A DNA stretch of 63,753 nucleotides, the filler included, from Octopus bimaculoides (taxonomy: Eukaryota), in assembly GCF_001194135.2 (NCBI RefSeq). It is 8 parts of 7 records of this genome, joined end to end, with 100 filler letters (N's around TTAATTAATTAA, not from the genome) between each part and the next. Parts side by side here need not be neighbours in the genome. Positions count along the whole stretch, not along the records: positions 32,148 to 50,977 come from NC_068992.1; 7 more parts are not named here. The stretch is one strand, 5' to 3'. The notes beneath the pieces are model-generated. The model did not search any database, was not told where the DNA came from, and saw only the letters and a list, made by a program, of their open reading frames with translations. The stretch's first letter is position 1. Every line of letters starts with the position of its first letter. Made by a program: the position numbers and the translations under genes. This document shows positions 39,155 to 50,600 of the stretch, in pieces.

Positions 39155-39530
39155 CATGGTTCCAGGTTCAGTCCCACTGCATGGCACCTTGGGCAAGTGT
39201 CTTCTACTATAATATTGGGCTGACCAAAGCCTTGTGAGTGGATTTGGTAGACAGAAACTGAAAGAAGCTTGTGCATATGTACATATATTATGTGTGTGTG
39301 TGTATTTATGAGTCTGTATTTGTCTCTCCACTACCACTGATAACCAATGTTGGTGTGTTTACACCCCTGTAACTTAGAAGTTTGGCAAAAGGAACTGATA
39401 GAATAAGTATTAGGCTTACAAAGAATAACTCCTGGTGTTGATTTCTGTGACCAAAACCTTTTACGGCAGTGTTCCAGCATGGCCACAGTCAAGTGACCAA
39501 AACAAGTAAAACAAGTAAAAGAATGAAAGT
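39155..39530 (+). mobile_element. SINE family B, in CDA intron 2
   Basis: AACCACATGGTTCCAGGTTCAGTCCCACTGC, CORE-like segment, body, CCAGCATGGCCACAGTC tail. Confidence 0.85.
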
Positions 39531-39557
39531 ATATGTATGTATATATATATATATATA

Positions 39558-39625
39558 CGAGGGAAAGTCAAAAATTATATGCACTCTGGTTTTTTTCAAT
39601 GTATTTACATCAGGACTTCCCCTCG
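39558..39625. mobile_element. 68-bp mini-mariner MITE
   Basis: TA|CGAGGGAAAGTC...GACTTCCCCTCG|TA. Confidence 0.7.
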
Positions 39626-40113
39626 TATATATACACACGCAAGCACAGACATCATTGTTTTAACATCCATTTTTTTCCATGCTCACATGAGTCAGACAAA
39701 ATTTGTTATGACAGATTTTCTACAGCTGGAGGCCCTTCCTGTCACCAACCCTCACCTGTTTCCAAGCAGGGTAATATTTCTCCAGAACCAGACATGTCTG
39801 CAAAGAATATTAGAAATGAAGGACATTGCTTGTATGACAGTGACACCCCTTTATAACTATCGTATGATGTGAAGGCAAGGAGACTAACACTCACACACGC
39901 AAAACAGGCGTCTTTTAGATTCTGTCAACCAAATCCAAGTTGTTTACCTGACAATAGAAAATGCAAACTATTCTGTACAGAATTCACATGCTTGGATGAA
40001 TAAGTTAAAGAAAGATGTACCAAATGCCATGCACAAAGAGGCCTGCTCTTACTGATTCTTCTAGAGTCGGGGACAATGAGAGACCAGTGCACAATTTTTA
40101 GTAAAAATCTTAC

Positions 40114-40224
40114 CAGTGATTATGGAATCATCTTCAGTCAGTAGAGCTGCACCAACCCTGAAGTTGCTGTAGGGGCAGTAAGCCTTCTCTTTGGCTTCTG
40201 AAGCAGCTTGGATAAGGCTTTTAA
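40114..40224 (-). CDS. CDA: Cytidine deaminase exon 2 (KSLIQAASEAKEKAYCPYSNFRVGAALLTEDDSIIT)
   Basis: Hallmark AYCPYSxFxVGAALL motif. Poly-T/TACAG acceptor and G|GTAAGA donor; 111 nt, phase 1/1. Confidence 0.96.
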
Positions 40225-40257
40225 CTGTATAAAAAAAAAAAAATATATATATATGTG

Positions 40258-40308
<51 letters not shown>

Positions 40309-40427
40309 ATATATATATATTTTAAACTCAAAGATTTTATGCATCATCATCAACAGAAACATAAGGTAGACAATCAAGATTCTTTAGAAAATTATTTTAT
40401 TGCAATATTTTACAGCAAGAGAAGTTT

Positions 40428-40632
40428 GTGACCTGGCAGAATCGTTAGCTGGCTGGACAAAATGCTAAGCAGCATTTCGTTTGTCTTTACATTCTGAGTT
40501 CAGATTCTACCAAGACCGAATTTGCTTTTCATCCCTTGGGGTGGGGTGGGGGATCAATAAAATAAGTACCACTGGGGTCAGTGCAATTGACTCCCCCCCC
40601 CAATTGCTGGTGTTGTGCCAAAATTTGAAACC
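40428..40632 (+). mobile_element. SINE family A, in CDA intron 1
   Basis: CTGGCAGAATCGTTAGC head to GTTGTGCCAAAATTTGAAACC tail. Confidence 0.75.
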
Positions 40633-43527
40633 ACTATTTTACAGCAAGGGATGATGTTTAGAACTCTCAAACTACTACACAGAACAGAAAATTTTGATGA
40701 AACAAATAAGAGAAAACTTTTTTTTAAATTACAAGAGTATTCGGATAGCAAGATGGTCTCCTCTACAGGTTTAAAAAATGATTTTTTTCCTTAGTATTTT
40801 GCTGAGGCAGAATGTTGTGAGTAGACCATTTCCCTGATTCAACTGCTAATACTGAAGTTGGCAAAATTTCACTGTTCTTTCCCCTTTTCTTTGAGCTTCC
40901 TTCATTTCTCTAACACGATGACATGATGCAACATTGTCTTCATAAAAATGCAACTGCCTTCATCGCATTGTAAAAATCTTTAGCCAACATCTTAAGGGTT
41001 TTTAGAAATTGAAAAGTAAACTAAAACGTAACCTAAAGTAATTGCCCCTTAAGCTGTTGATCACATGCCAAAGTAGCACCTTTTCTCTTTCCCTTTGGAG
41101 GAATTGTAAACAAAGTTTATTTCTTGTAGGTCAAGAAACCAAGTACAGGTTTTATCTTTGTTATCTCATCCTTGCATCTGCTGTTTCCATGGAAACAGAT
41201 AATTGTGACTTCAGATCTTTTTAATGTATCATATAGATGTAATTTTTGATGCTGAATCCAAATTTGTTATTCATTTATTCCAGAAAAATTTTGCAAAAAT
41301 GTTACAGGTGTTAAAAGTTTGATGATTTCCAGAATTTTCAGCCAATCAGAAAACAGCGCGTTCACTGCCTCTTCCATCATCAGGGGGTGAGGGTGAGGAG
41401 TATCAGCATGTCAAAACATTGCTACTTCCCTTGTACATATACTCACAGAGTTGAAACACTCACTACCAGTTTGCCATCACCCCTTCCTTTCTCATTCATT
41501 TGTGGTGACAGAAAAACACAAAGTATTATTATACTAAGAAGATTACCTTTCCCCGTATCTCCTTCTCTTTGTATATATGTGCAGCATCTTTGGTTACTAT
41601 AGAAACAGAGCTTTTTGCCACAGTGATGTGTAAAATACTCACTTCTGATTGGCTAAAATACCCTAATTCTGTACATTTTAAAGGCTAATAATTTTTTAAT
41701 TGTGGATTTATAGGGAAAGTGAATTTCGTTTTCATAATTAGTACACAAAACTTAATCCATATTCCAAATTTGAAAACAGTTGGAACAAAATTGTAAACAG
41801 TGACAAAAACCACAAAGATCCGAAGCTTCTAATTGGCTAAAGTTATATAACTTTAGAGGTTGGTTAAGTTTTTATTATTAATAATAATAATAATAATAAC
41901 AATAATAACAATAATAATAATAATAATAATAAAAAAGAAAAAATGAATGTGATTTACACCATCAGCAAGTAAAATTAAATCTGGAGAATATTTGAAAAAA
42001 TTCTGGTAGTGCAAAAGATGCCCTGAAATGACGCGAGATACTATAAAATGTGTCAAAAGAAAAACAGACCCCCCCCCCCTAGAAATTCTGACTTATGTGG
42101 GACAGCTATTCCGAAAGTCTGCCACTCTTGGAGTTGTTATATTCATAATACTTTAAACAAAACATTTAACTCAAGAACATGTGTGAAGTGAATGTGATTG
42201 AATTAGAAAATGCGGGTCGCATACTCAGCTTCAAGGAGCTTATTACAGTTAGTGTCGAACGCTTGTTTGGCACTGTTACAATGTGTACATGTTATTGAGT
42301 AGATACTGGGCATTCTATTAAGTTACGATCACAAAATGGAAAGGAAACCTATCGTAACTGGTAATCTTTCAGCATTAGTAGACGTCATTCACACATTCAA
42401 CGTTCGCTTATCAAGTAAAGAGGGTGAAAGACGTCGTCTAACAATACCAAATGATTGTCATTGTGAACAATGGGCATTAAAAAAGAAAATTCAGAATCGT
42501 AGTATCTATATTTTTAAACACGATATTCCAGCTCCACCCTAAATCGAAAAAGTATTAAAAACAAAAAACTGGATGTTAGAAAAAATTAAAAAACAAAAAC
42601 AAAAATGGGCGGAACCCTGGTTTAAGAATCTCATATAACACCACGTAACTATTTTTATTTTTGGAGTTTTCTGAAAATTTTTGCGAATTATTTTTCTCCA
42701 CACACAAATTCATACGATGATGGAAAAAAGTTTTTAAATTTCTCTTTTTTTTTATCTTTAAACCCCTCTTCCTGTAAATCCACTTTAATTTTGATCAGAA
42801 TTTAAAATACGGAGAAAAATATTGAACAATATCAATATATGTCAGAGAGACAAAGAAACGAGGAAGATATCAATCGGGTGGTCGTTAGATGTGCTAAAAA
42901 CAACAGCTAAATCACCCTTAAATCACATATTTTTTTTCTATATTCGTATGAATTCCCGCGTGTAGAACACAAATCCAAAATATAATGAACTTGTGTACAA
43001 CCCACCAAAAAGAAACGGTGGTGGTGGTGGTGGGGGTTATGTGTACTGTTGGCGAATTCAGGAAGTTTTGAAGGATGTAGTGTCTCTGCAGCTAACAACT
43101 CATGCACGAAGCTCCAAAAAATTTTAATCTAGAATTTATGAGGGGTTATATGGAGTACTTAAACAAGAATTCTGTCAAAACATGTTTTGGTAAAATTCTA
43201 TTTCAGTTGGGCAACAAGAATCTGGATAGGGAATAACTGACTGTTTTTATTTAGTAGATAAACCTATTACGTAGAAACATGTTTGTTGCCTTCCTCTTTC
43301 CATATTCGTTATGATCACCAAATTTACTTTGTAGTTTTATAATAGATTGTCCAAGAAAACTCATTAAATAATAGCAGTATTCCTTTGTAAGACAAACGAA
43401 ACGAGAAACATCGAGTTGAGCAACGGCACCTAATATTCCACACGAACGTGCCACCCAATATGAATAAAGGAAACCCGTATCATGGATAATATTTTCATAG
43501 TTAAGAGATTTCTCAAGTGAATCTTAC

Positions 43528-43576
43528 CACGTTCATTTACAGCAGTACAAGGCCCCAGTTCTGTCGGACTTGCCAT
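43528..43576 (-). CDS. CDA: Cytidine deaminase coding exon 1 (proximal candidate, MASPTELGPCTAVNER+G)
   Basis: ATG at 43576, 49 nt, phase-1 G|GTAAGA donor. It joins exon 2 in frame (G+TT=Val) and gives an N-terminus of similar length to human CDA. Confidence 0.7.
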
Positions 43577-43692
43577 TCAACGAGGATATCGTTGAGCGAA
43601 GAATTACGGAAGGGAGAGTACTCTATTGAAATATACACAGCTGTTACGCACACACCCACAAAGTGGAACTTCCCTTGAAGAAGTTAATTCGG

Positions 43693-44237
43693 CACTATCA
43701 TGCTATTAGCTGTCAGAAGTGAAAGTGCTCACTGCTAGTGAAGTATCTGTCTGTCGATTCTTTGGCTACTGACAGCTAAAACCATGACTGGCCGGAGCGA
43801 GCTATATGTCTGTCTGTCTGTCTCTCTCTCTATCTATCTATCTATTACTCGAAAGTTCGCGCGTCCGCGCTAGCTAGTCGTGAGTGGTCGATCCTATTAT
43901 TTTTAAACTTCAAACTTCATTTGTTTTCTATTTTGATAAATTCTCTCTGTTGAAAATTATATTTTTATATTTTAAATAATTTGCAATTTCAGGAAATATG
44001 TTTTTATATTAAATTTGTGTTTTCTACTCACGAATAGCTAGCGCGGACGCGCGAACTTTCGAGTAATAGATAGAGAGAGAGACAGACAGACAGACAGACG
44101 TATAGCTCGCTCCGGCCAGTCATGGTATTAGCTGTCAGTAGCCAAAGAATCGACAGGCCAGCAACAGGCAGACAGACAGATACTTCACTAGCAGGCAGTG
44201 AGCACTTTCACTTCTGACAGCTAATAGCATGATAGTG
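43693..44237. mobile_element. Foldback element with ~200-bp inverted arms and CACTA...TAGTG termini
   Basis: Arms 43693-43885 and 44026-44237 are near-perfect reverse complements apart from small indels, around a ~140-bp AT-rich spacer. No target-site duplication is visible. Confidence 0.85.
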
Positions 44238-44485
44238 AAAGTCGGTCGTTACTCGAAACATTCGGAAACCGAAACTATTTTTCTTGTAAGGAATTTAAGA
44301 GAAGGCACGGCGAATTCGAGCAAGAACAACAGACGTTCTTCCGCTGACACTCCTAGCTTCTCGTTAATTGTAAAATGTTTGTCACCCGATATGCTTTATA
44401 TTCGAAAATTGTTCGTGATGGGAAGCATTCATAAACCGGGGTTCCATTTATATTCATACTCACACTCACATATATATGTATATGC

Positions 44486-44731
44486 GGTAATCTTCAAGTT
44501 TAGGGGGAAAACATAAATAAATAAAAATATTCAAGGGAAATAACTGAACGACTTACCAGTATTATCCGTTTTCTTCTAGCTGTTTATAAATAAATCACAC
44601 CCTAACCCTAACGTCAATCAAATCACGTGTGTGATTTATTTATAAACAGAGATGTACGGATAATACTGGTAAGTCGTTCAGTTACTTCCCTTGAATTTTT
44701 TTTTTTTATCCCCCTAAACTTGAAGATTACC
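44486..44731. mobile_element. Second foldback/MITE-like palindrome (~115-bp arms, CCCTAACCCTAA at the loop), flanked by (TA)n
   Basis: GGTAATCTTCAAGTTTAGGGGGA...ACTTACCAGTATTATCCG... is mirrored at 44629-44731. Confidence 0.8.
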
Positions 44732-45769
44732 TGTATATGCTTATATATATATATGTGTGTAATTTAAAAATAGGATAAAATCTTTCTCAGAATTTATCAA
44801 GTAGTCAGCATGAAAAACCTCATAAGGGAAAAANNNNNNNNNNNNNNNNNNNNNNNNNNNNNNNNNNNNNNNNNNNNNNNNNNNNNNNNNNNNNNNNNNN
44901 NNNNNNNNNNNNNNNNNNNNNNNNNNNNNNNNNNNNNNNNNNNNNNNNNNNNNNNNNNNNNNNNNNNNNNNNNNNNNNNNNNNNNNNNNNNNNNNNNNNN
45001 NNNNNNNNNNNNNNNNNNNNNNNNNNNNNNNNNNNNNNNNNNNNNNNNNNNNNNNNNNNNNNNNNNNNNNNNNNNNNNNNNNNNNNNNNNNNNNNNNNNN
45101 NNNNNNNNNNNNNNNNNNNNNNNNNNNNNNNNNNNNNNNNNNNNNNNNNNNNNNNNNNNNNNNNNNNNNNNNNNNNNNNNNNNNNNNNNNNNNNNNNNNN
45201 NNNNNNNNNNNNNNNNNNNNNNNNNNNNNNNNNNNNNNNNNNNNNNNNNNNNNNNNNNNNNNNNNNNNNNNNNNNNNNNNNNNNNNNNNNNNNNNNNNNN
45301 NNNNNNNNNNNNNNNNNNNNNNNNNNNNNNNNNNNNNNNNNNNNNNNNNNNNNNNNNNNNNNNNNNNNNNNNNNNNNNNNNNNNNNNNNNNNNNNNNNNN
45401 NNNNNNNNNNNNNNNNNNNNNNNNNNNNNNNNNNNNNNNNNNNNNNNNNNNNNNNNNNNNNNNNNNNNNNNNNNNNNNNNNNNNNNNNNNNNNNNNNNNN
45501 NNNNNNNNNNNNNNNNNNNNNNNNNNNNNNNNNNNNNNNNNNNNNNNNNNNNNNNNNNNNNNNNNNNNNNNNNNNNNNNNNNNNNNNNNNNNNNNNNNNN
45601 NNNNNNNNNNNNNNNNNNNNNNNNNNNNNNNNNNNNNNNNNNNNNNNNNNNNNNNNNNNNNNNNNNNNNNNNNNNNNNNNNNNNNNNNNNNNNNNNNATA
45701 TATATATATATATATATATATATATACGACGGGCTTCTTTCAGTTTCCGTCTACCAAATCCACTCACAC

Positions 45770-46600
45770 GGTATCTGCGGAGCCATTCGAATAGCAGGTG
45801 CAGGTGTTGGTCATGTCCTTCGTCCGAGCTAATGGTCATGAGTATGTAGGTGGTAACCTTCTGGGTCTTGCAGCAACAGGTGACCTGCTGATTTTGATGT
45901 GGTGGGTAACTTCGTACTTGATCGGCTGGTTGTGGAATACTGGTCGAGTGACGTCCGGATATTCTTTCAGGATAACACTATGGCGAGTTGTCGTCGCTGT
46001 GAGCAATATAGTTGGGCTGACTGTGGCCTTACGAGCGGCTATGCTGCGCACAGTAAGCTGTGTGGTACTGTCGACAAGTCGTCTGTTTTTAATGTCTACC
46101 AGGAGACCGAAATGATGCAGGAAATCGGGTCCTAAGATAGGGGTCAGCAGGTTGGCAATGACAAATACTCACTGAAAGGTGAGGCATAGTCCTAAGTTCA
46201 GCGTTAGGGGCTGTTTACCGTCGGTTGGAACGGGTGAGTGGTTAACTGCCTGAAGACAGACTGGTGTCTCTTTTCTTTTTCCTGAAGTGTTGGAAACAGG
46301 GATGATGCTGACTTCTGTGTCAGTGTCAACAAGGGAACGCGTGCCTGTTACACGATCGCAAATGAAAAACAGGCGACATTGTGGGTGCGAGCCAGGAACT
46401 TCGTCGCGTTCAATTCCTGGCTGTGTCGTTTCCCGAACTGGATGATGAAAACGAGGATGGGATCGTGCATTTTTGCGCCCGTGTTCCATACTTTCGGTGG
46501 TACCAACACGTGTCATGTCATTTGCGAGTAGCCCTGGGGCTTCGGGGCCGTCAACCATATCGAAGCGATCTGTTGCTGCTTTGACACTGGATACCACGCG
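45770..46600 (-). mobile_element. Gypsy-type LTR retrotransposon remnant (aspartic protease to start of RT)
   Basis: FFICDRVTGTRSLVDTDTEVSIIP (decayed LVDTGAxVS), ILGPDFLHHFGLLVDIKNRRL, THHIKI...PVAARPRRL. Confidence 0.85.
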
Positions 46601-47879
46601 ATAGGGTCTGTATCTGGTCAGTCAGGGCCTATATCTGTGAAGTCTTTATAAACATGACTTGTTTCAAAGTTAATTCTCTATATCAAACATGTTTCACTAA
46701 AACGTGTGTGTGTGTGTGTGTGTGAAAGCTCTGCCAGTGGAAAGGAAAGAATTACACATTAAAGTGATATGATTAATCTAAATGTTATCGTGAAATTGAT
46801 GTTATGTCGGTAGCAACAATACAACCGTCCCTACCACCACTGCTGCTGCTGTTGCTGCTACTACTACCACTACTACTACTACTAAAAGACCTACGACTAC
46901 AAAAGATAAAGAAACCCTAACCCTCACCCCAACCACACTGCCATCCTGTAAAAGGAAAGTAGCTGTTATGTAATGTCCTGAATGCTTCAGAGGTTTGCTC
47001 ATACAATCCAGAATACCACAAATCACTAACGATAACACCATAATCACAATTATCATCACCGCCACCACCAATACCACAACTCACTCACCATCTTAATTAG
47101 ATTAGGCATATTAGATAAGGTCATTCTGAAATACCTTTGATCAACGAGGACTGATAAACAATATAAATGATTGCCACAACCAACAAGAACACCTCCAACA
47201 CTGCCACCAATACCAACACCACCAAAACTATCTCAACATCAGCTTCTCAGTGTTCTTTTCTTCCTCACAGAATACACCATCTTTCACAATTTGAATTAGT
47301 TTATTTCCTCAGATTTGACTGCTTTACTATGGAATTTTGACTCAAATAATGTCAAAACATCTATCAAGGACCTGACGTTGTGATTTGCTTGAATATTGCC
47401 CATGTGATGAACAGAATCATCACATCGCGTTGAATAGGGTCGAGTGACAATCTCCTCTTTTAGCTTGCTTCCTTCTGAGCCTATCAACCAGTATAAATTC
47501 AGCACTCCATTGACTATTAGACAGAGAGCTTTGGGATACAGATGCTGTGCGAGATGGCCAACAGAAATGGTGGACAGCAGCTGACACCACAAAAGGAGTG
47601 AATAGTCAGGGAACGAATGTCATTAGGAGTCAGTCGTCAGCAAGCAACTAACAACATTTTATCTGCTGCTACACCAAGAACAAAAACTCTCTCAATGTTT
47701 TGTTGATCGTAGTTATGACAAACATTTGATTTTTGCACAGATAAAGAATAATTGTTTATCAAAAATGTCAACAAACTCCAGTGTTCTTTTTCGTACAAAT
47801 CTATGACACATGATGAAATGATATCTCCTTCCTCTTCGCTGGGACATTTTTACTCTAGTATTGTATTTCTTCATTTCTC

Positions 47880-48100
47880 ATATATTTTACAATTTGAATC
47901 ATGAAATCCCAAACAGTGTGGTGTATAAAATCACGTACAACAACTGTAATGAATTCTACAACAGACAAATATACAATAGGCTTAAAGAACACCTCTATGC
48001 TAATGCTTCTTCCTTCAAAAACCAACTACAGGATTGCCACGCCCACTGAACAACCAGCTTAAAGTTATTTAAAAGACAATGCTCTACAACGACCAGGTTT
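47880..48100 (+). mobile_element. Penelope-like GIY-YIG endonuclease remnant
   Basis: NSVVYKITYNNCNEFY..Q.Y.RLKEH resembles the VVYKIxCxxCxxxYIGQT..RLxEH motif. Confidence 0.6.
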
Positions 48101-48326
48101 CATTAGAAAAGGAAAGCAGTTTCACACATTCAATTTGAATTTTGGAAAAGGGGCCTTGCAAGTCTACCAGATAGAAGGAAGAGCATTGTAGGAAATGAGG
48201 GAGAGTATATTTTAGATTAAAAAAGAAGTTTGTTTATCTTAGTTTTGAAAAATAAAAGAAGTATAAAAAAACCACATTATTTATAAAGACTACCAAATAA
48301 ACTATGTTTTGGCACAACTATGTTTT

Positions 48327-49575
48327 GCCTTGTGAGTGGATTTGGTAGACGGAAACTCAAGGAAGTCCATCGTATATATCATCATCATCATCATCGTCAT
48401 CGTTTAATGTCCGCTTTCCATGCTAGCATGAGTTGGACGATTTGACTGAGGACTGGTGAAACCAGATGGCTACACCAGGCTCTAGTCTGATTTGGCAGAG
48501 TTTCTACAGCTGGATGCCCTTCCTAATGCCAACCACTCAGAGAGTGTAGTGGGTGCTTTTACGTGCCACCGGCACAAAGGCCAGTCAGGCGGTACTGGCA
48601 ACGGCTATGCTCAAAATGGTGTATTTTATGTGCCACCCGCACAGGAGCCAGTATATATATATATGTACATGTGTGTATATGTTTGTGTGTCTGTGTTTGT
48701 CCCCCACCATCGCTTGACAACTGATGCTGGTGTGTTTACNNNNNNNNNNNNNNNNNNNNNNNNNNNNNNNNNNNNNNNNNNNNNNNNNNNNNNNNNNNNN
48801 NNNNNNNNNNNNNNNNNNNNNNNNNNNNNNNNNNNNNNNNNNNNNNNNNNNNNNNNNNNNNNNNNNNNNNNNNNNNNNNNNNNNNNNNNNNNNNNNNNNN
48901 NNNNNNNNNNNNNNNNNNNNNNNNNNNNNNNNNNNNNNNNNNNNNNNNNNNNNNNNNNNNNNNNNNNNNNNNNNNNNNNNNNNNNNNNNNNNNNNNNNNN
49001 NNNNNNNNNNNNNNNNNNNNNNNNNNNNNNNNNNNNNNNNNNNNNNNNNNNNNNNNNNNNNNNNNNNNNNNNNNNNNNNNNNNNNNNNNNNNNNNNNNNN
49101 NNNNNNNNNNNNNNNNNNNNNNNNNNNNNNNNNNNNNNNNNNNNNNNNNNNNNNNNNNNNNNNNNNNNNNNNNNNNNNNNNNNNNNNNNNNNNNNNNNNN
49201 NNNNNNNNNNNNNNNNNNNNNNNNCAGAGAGTGTAGTGGGTGCTTTTACGTGCTACTGGCACGAAGGCCAGTCAGGCGGTACTGGCAACGGCTATGCTCA
49301 AAATGGTGTATTTTATGTGCCACCCGCACAGGAGCCAGTATATATATATATGTACATGTGTGTATATGTTTGTGTGTCTGTGTTTGTCCCCCACCATCGC
49401 TTGACAACTGATGCTGGTGTGTTTACGTCCCTGTAACTTAGCGACTCAGCCTAAGAGGCCGATAGAATAAGTACTTTGCTTACAAATAATAAGTCCTGGG
49501 GTCGATTTGCTCGATTAAAGACGGTGTTCCAGCATGGCCGCAGTCAAATGACTGAAACAAGTAAAAGAGTAAAGA
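48327..49575. mobile_element. SINE family B (+) interrupted by family C (-); partly duplicated across the gap
   Basis: B head segment at 48327-48380, inverted C at 48362-48650, B body resumes at 48650 and at 49340-49575. Confidence 0.75.
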
Positions 49576-49766
49576 GTAATTAAAATTAGTATGTGCGTGT
49601 GTGTAATGAACTGATTGTCTATACTATAGACAATCAGTTCATTACGCCAGACTCTATAGTGCTCAAGTGTACTACAACTCATCAGAAAAAATAACCAAAA
49701 CTACATGAACAGTACAAAGAATATGCACGGAAAGTGAACATTGAGTGAATCTTTAAAAAAACTTAC

Positions 49767-49788
49767 TTTTTTGACTGATTTCTGCCAT
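49767..49788 (-). CDS. CDA: Candidate alternative (distal) first coding exon of CDA (MAEISQK+A)
   Basis: ATG with A at -3 and G at +4, 22 nt, then A|GTAAGT donor in phase 1. It splices in frame to exon 2 to give MAEISQKIKSLIQAASEAK. Short, so it could be chance. Confidence 0.45.
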
Positions 49789-50169
49789 AATATTGTTTTG
49801 TCAAACTGATGAATGTGGAAACAAACTACAAAAGTGAAACTTCACAAGTCAGGATGTTTTTATAATACTGATTACGTCACAAGTAGACTTCCAGTTAATT
49901 TCCTATCAAAGTTGTTCTAGGAAAATAATCTCTTCTTATCACTTTCTTCCTTATATGTGACTGTATGTATGTGTATGGGCGTGTGCATGTATATGTATGG
50001 TGGTGGGTGGAGTGAAATATTTTGCTACAAATAAATGTTTTTATCAAATGTAGGTTTATTTTGTTACCACTGACAAAATAATTGTTTGAAATGCCAGAAA
50101 TAGCAAACAAGTCTCCCTCAAATCACACCTGATGTCTTAAAAAGATCACACTCAATAACTAGTCCTAAA

Positions 50170-50600
50170 TATGAAGGGGCACTGAAAAGTACCTAGGGTG
50201 AAATAAAATACAGAAGAATCAGTTGATTATGATTTTATTCAACAAATTCTACTCTCAGAGTCACACACTTATTGCAGCAGTCCTTCAGTTTTTCTAAGCC
50301 CTGTAAAAGAATTCAGAACACTGGGCCTCCAACCAGGCCTCTTTAGCAGCAATCAATTCTGAATTGGAGTGAAATGTCATTCCCTTGAGATGTTTCTTCA
50401 GTTGTGGAAAAAGGGGTCCAAGTCAAAAGAGTAAGGTGGGGATGGTCTACCAATTCAAAACTAAAGTCACATATTTTCTGTAGAATTTCACGTGTTGTGT
50501 ACTGGCGCAAGGAATAAGTTCTGATTGGTTGTAGGTTTTGTGATGACACCTTAATTTTGATTAAAAATATTTTCCCTTTTGGACAAAATATTTTTCTATT
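50170..50600 (-). mobile_element. 3' part of a mariner element related to the MITE at 3530
   Basis: Shares the terminus and GATTATGATTTTATTCAAC...TTTTCTAAGCCCTGTAAAAGAA with 3530-3730. Continues into a decayed ELxDHPPYSPDL-like transposase segment (ELVDHPHLT...). Confidence 0.65.
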
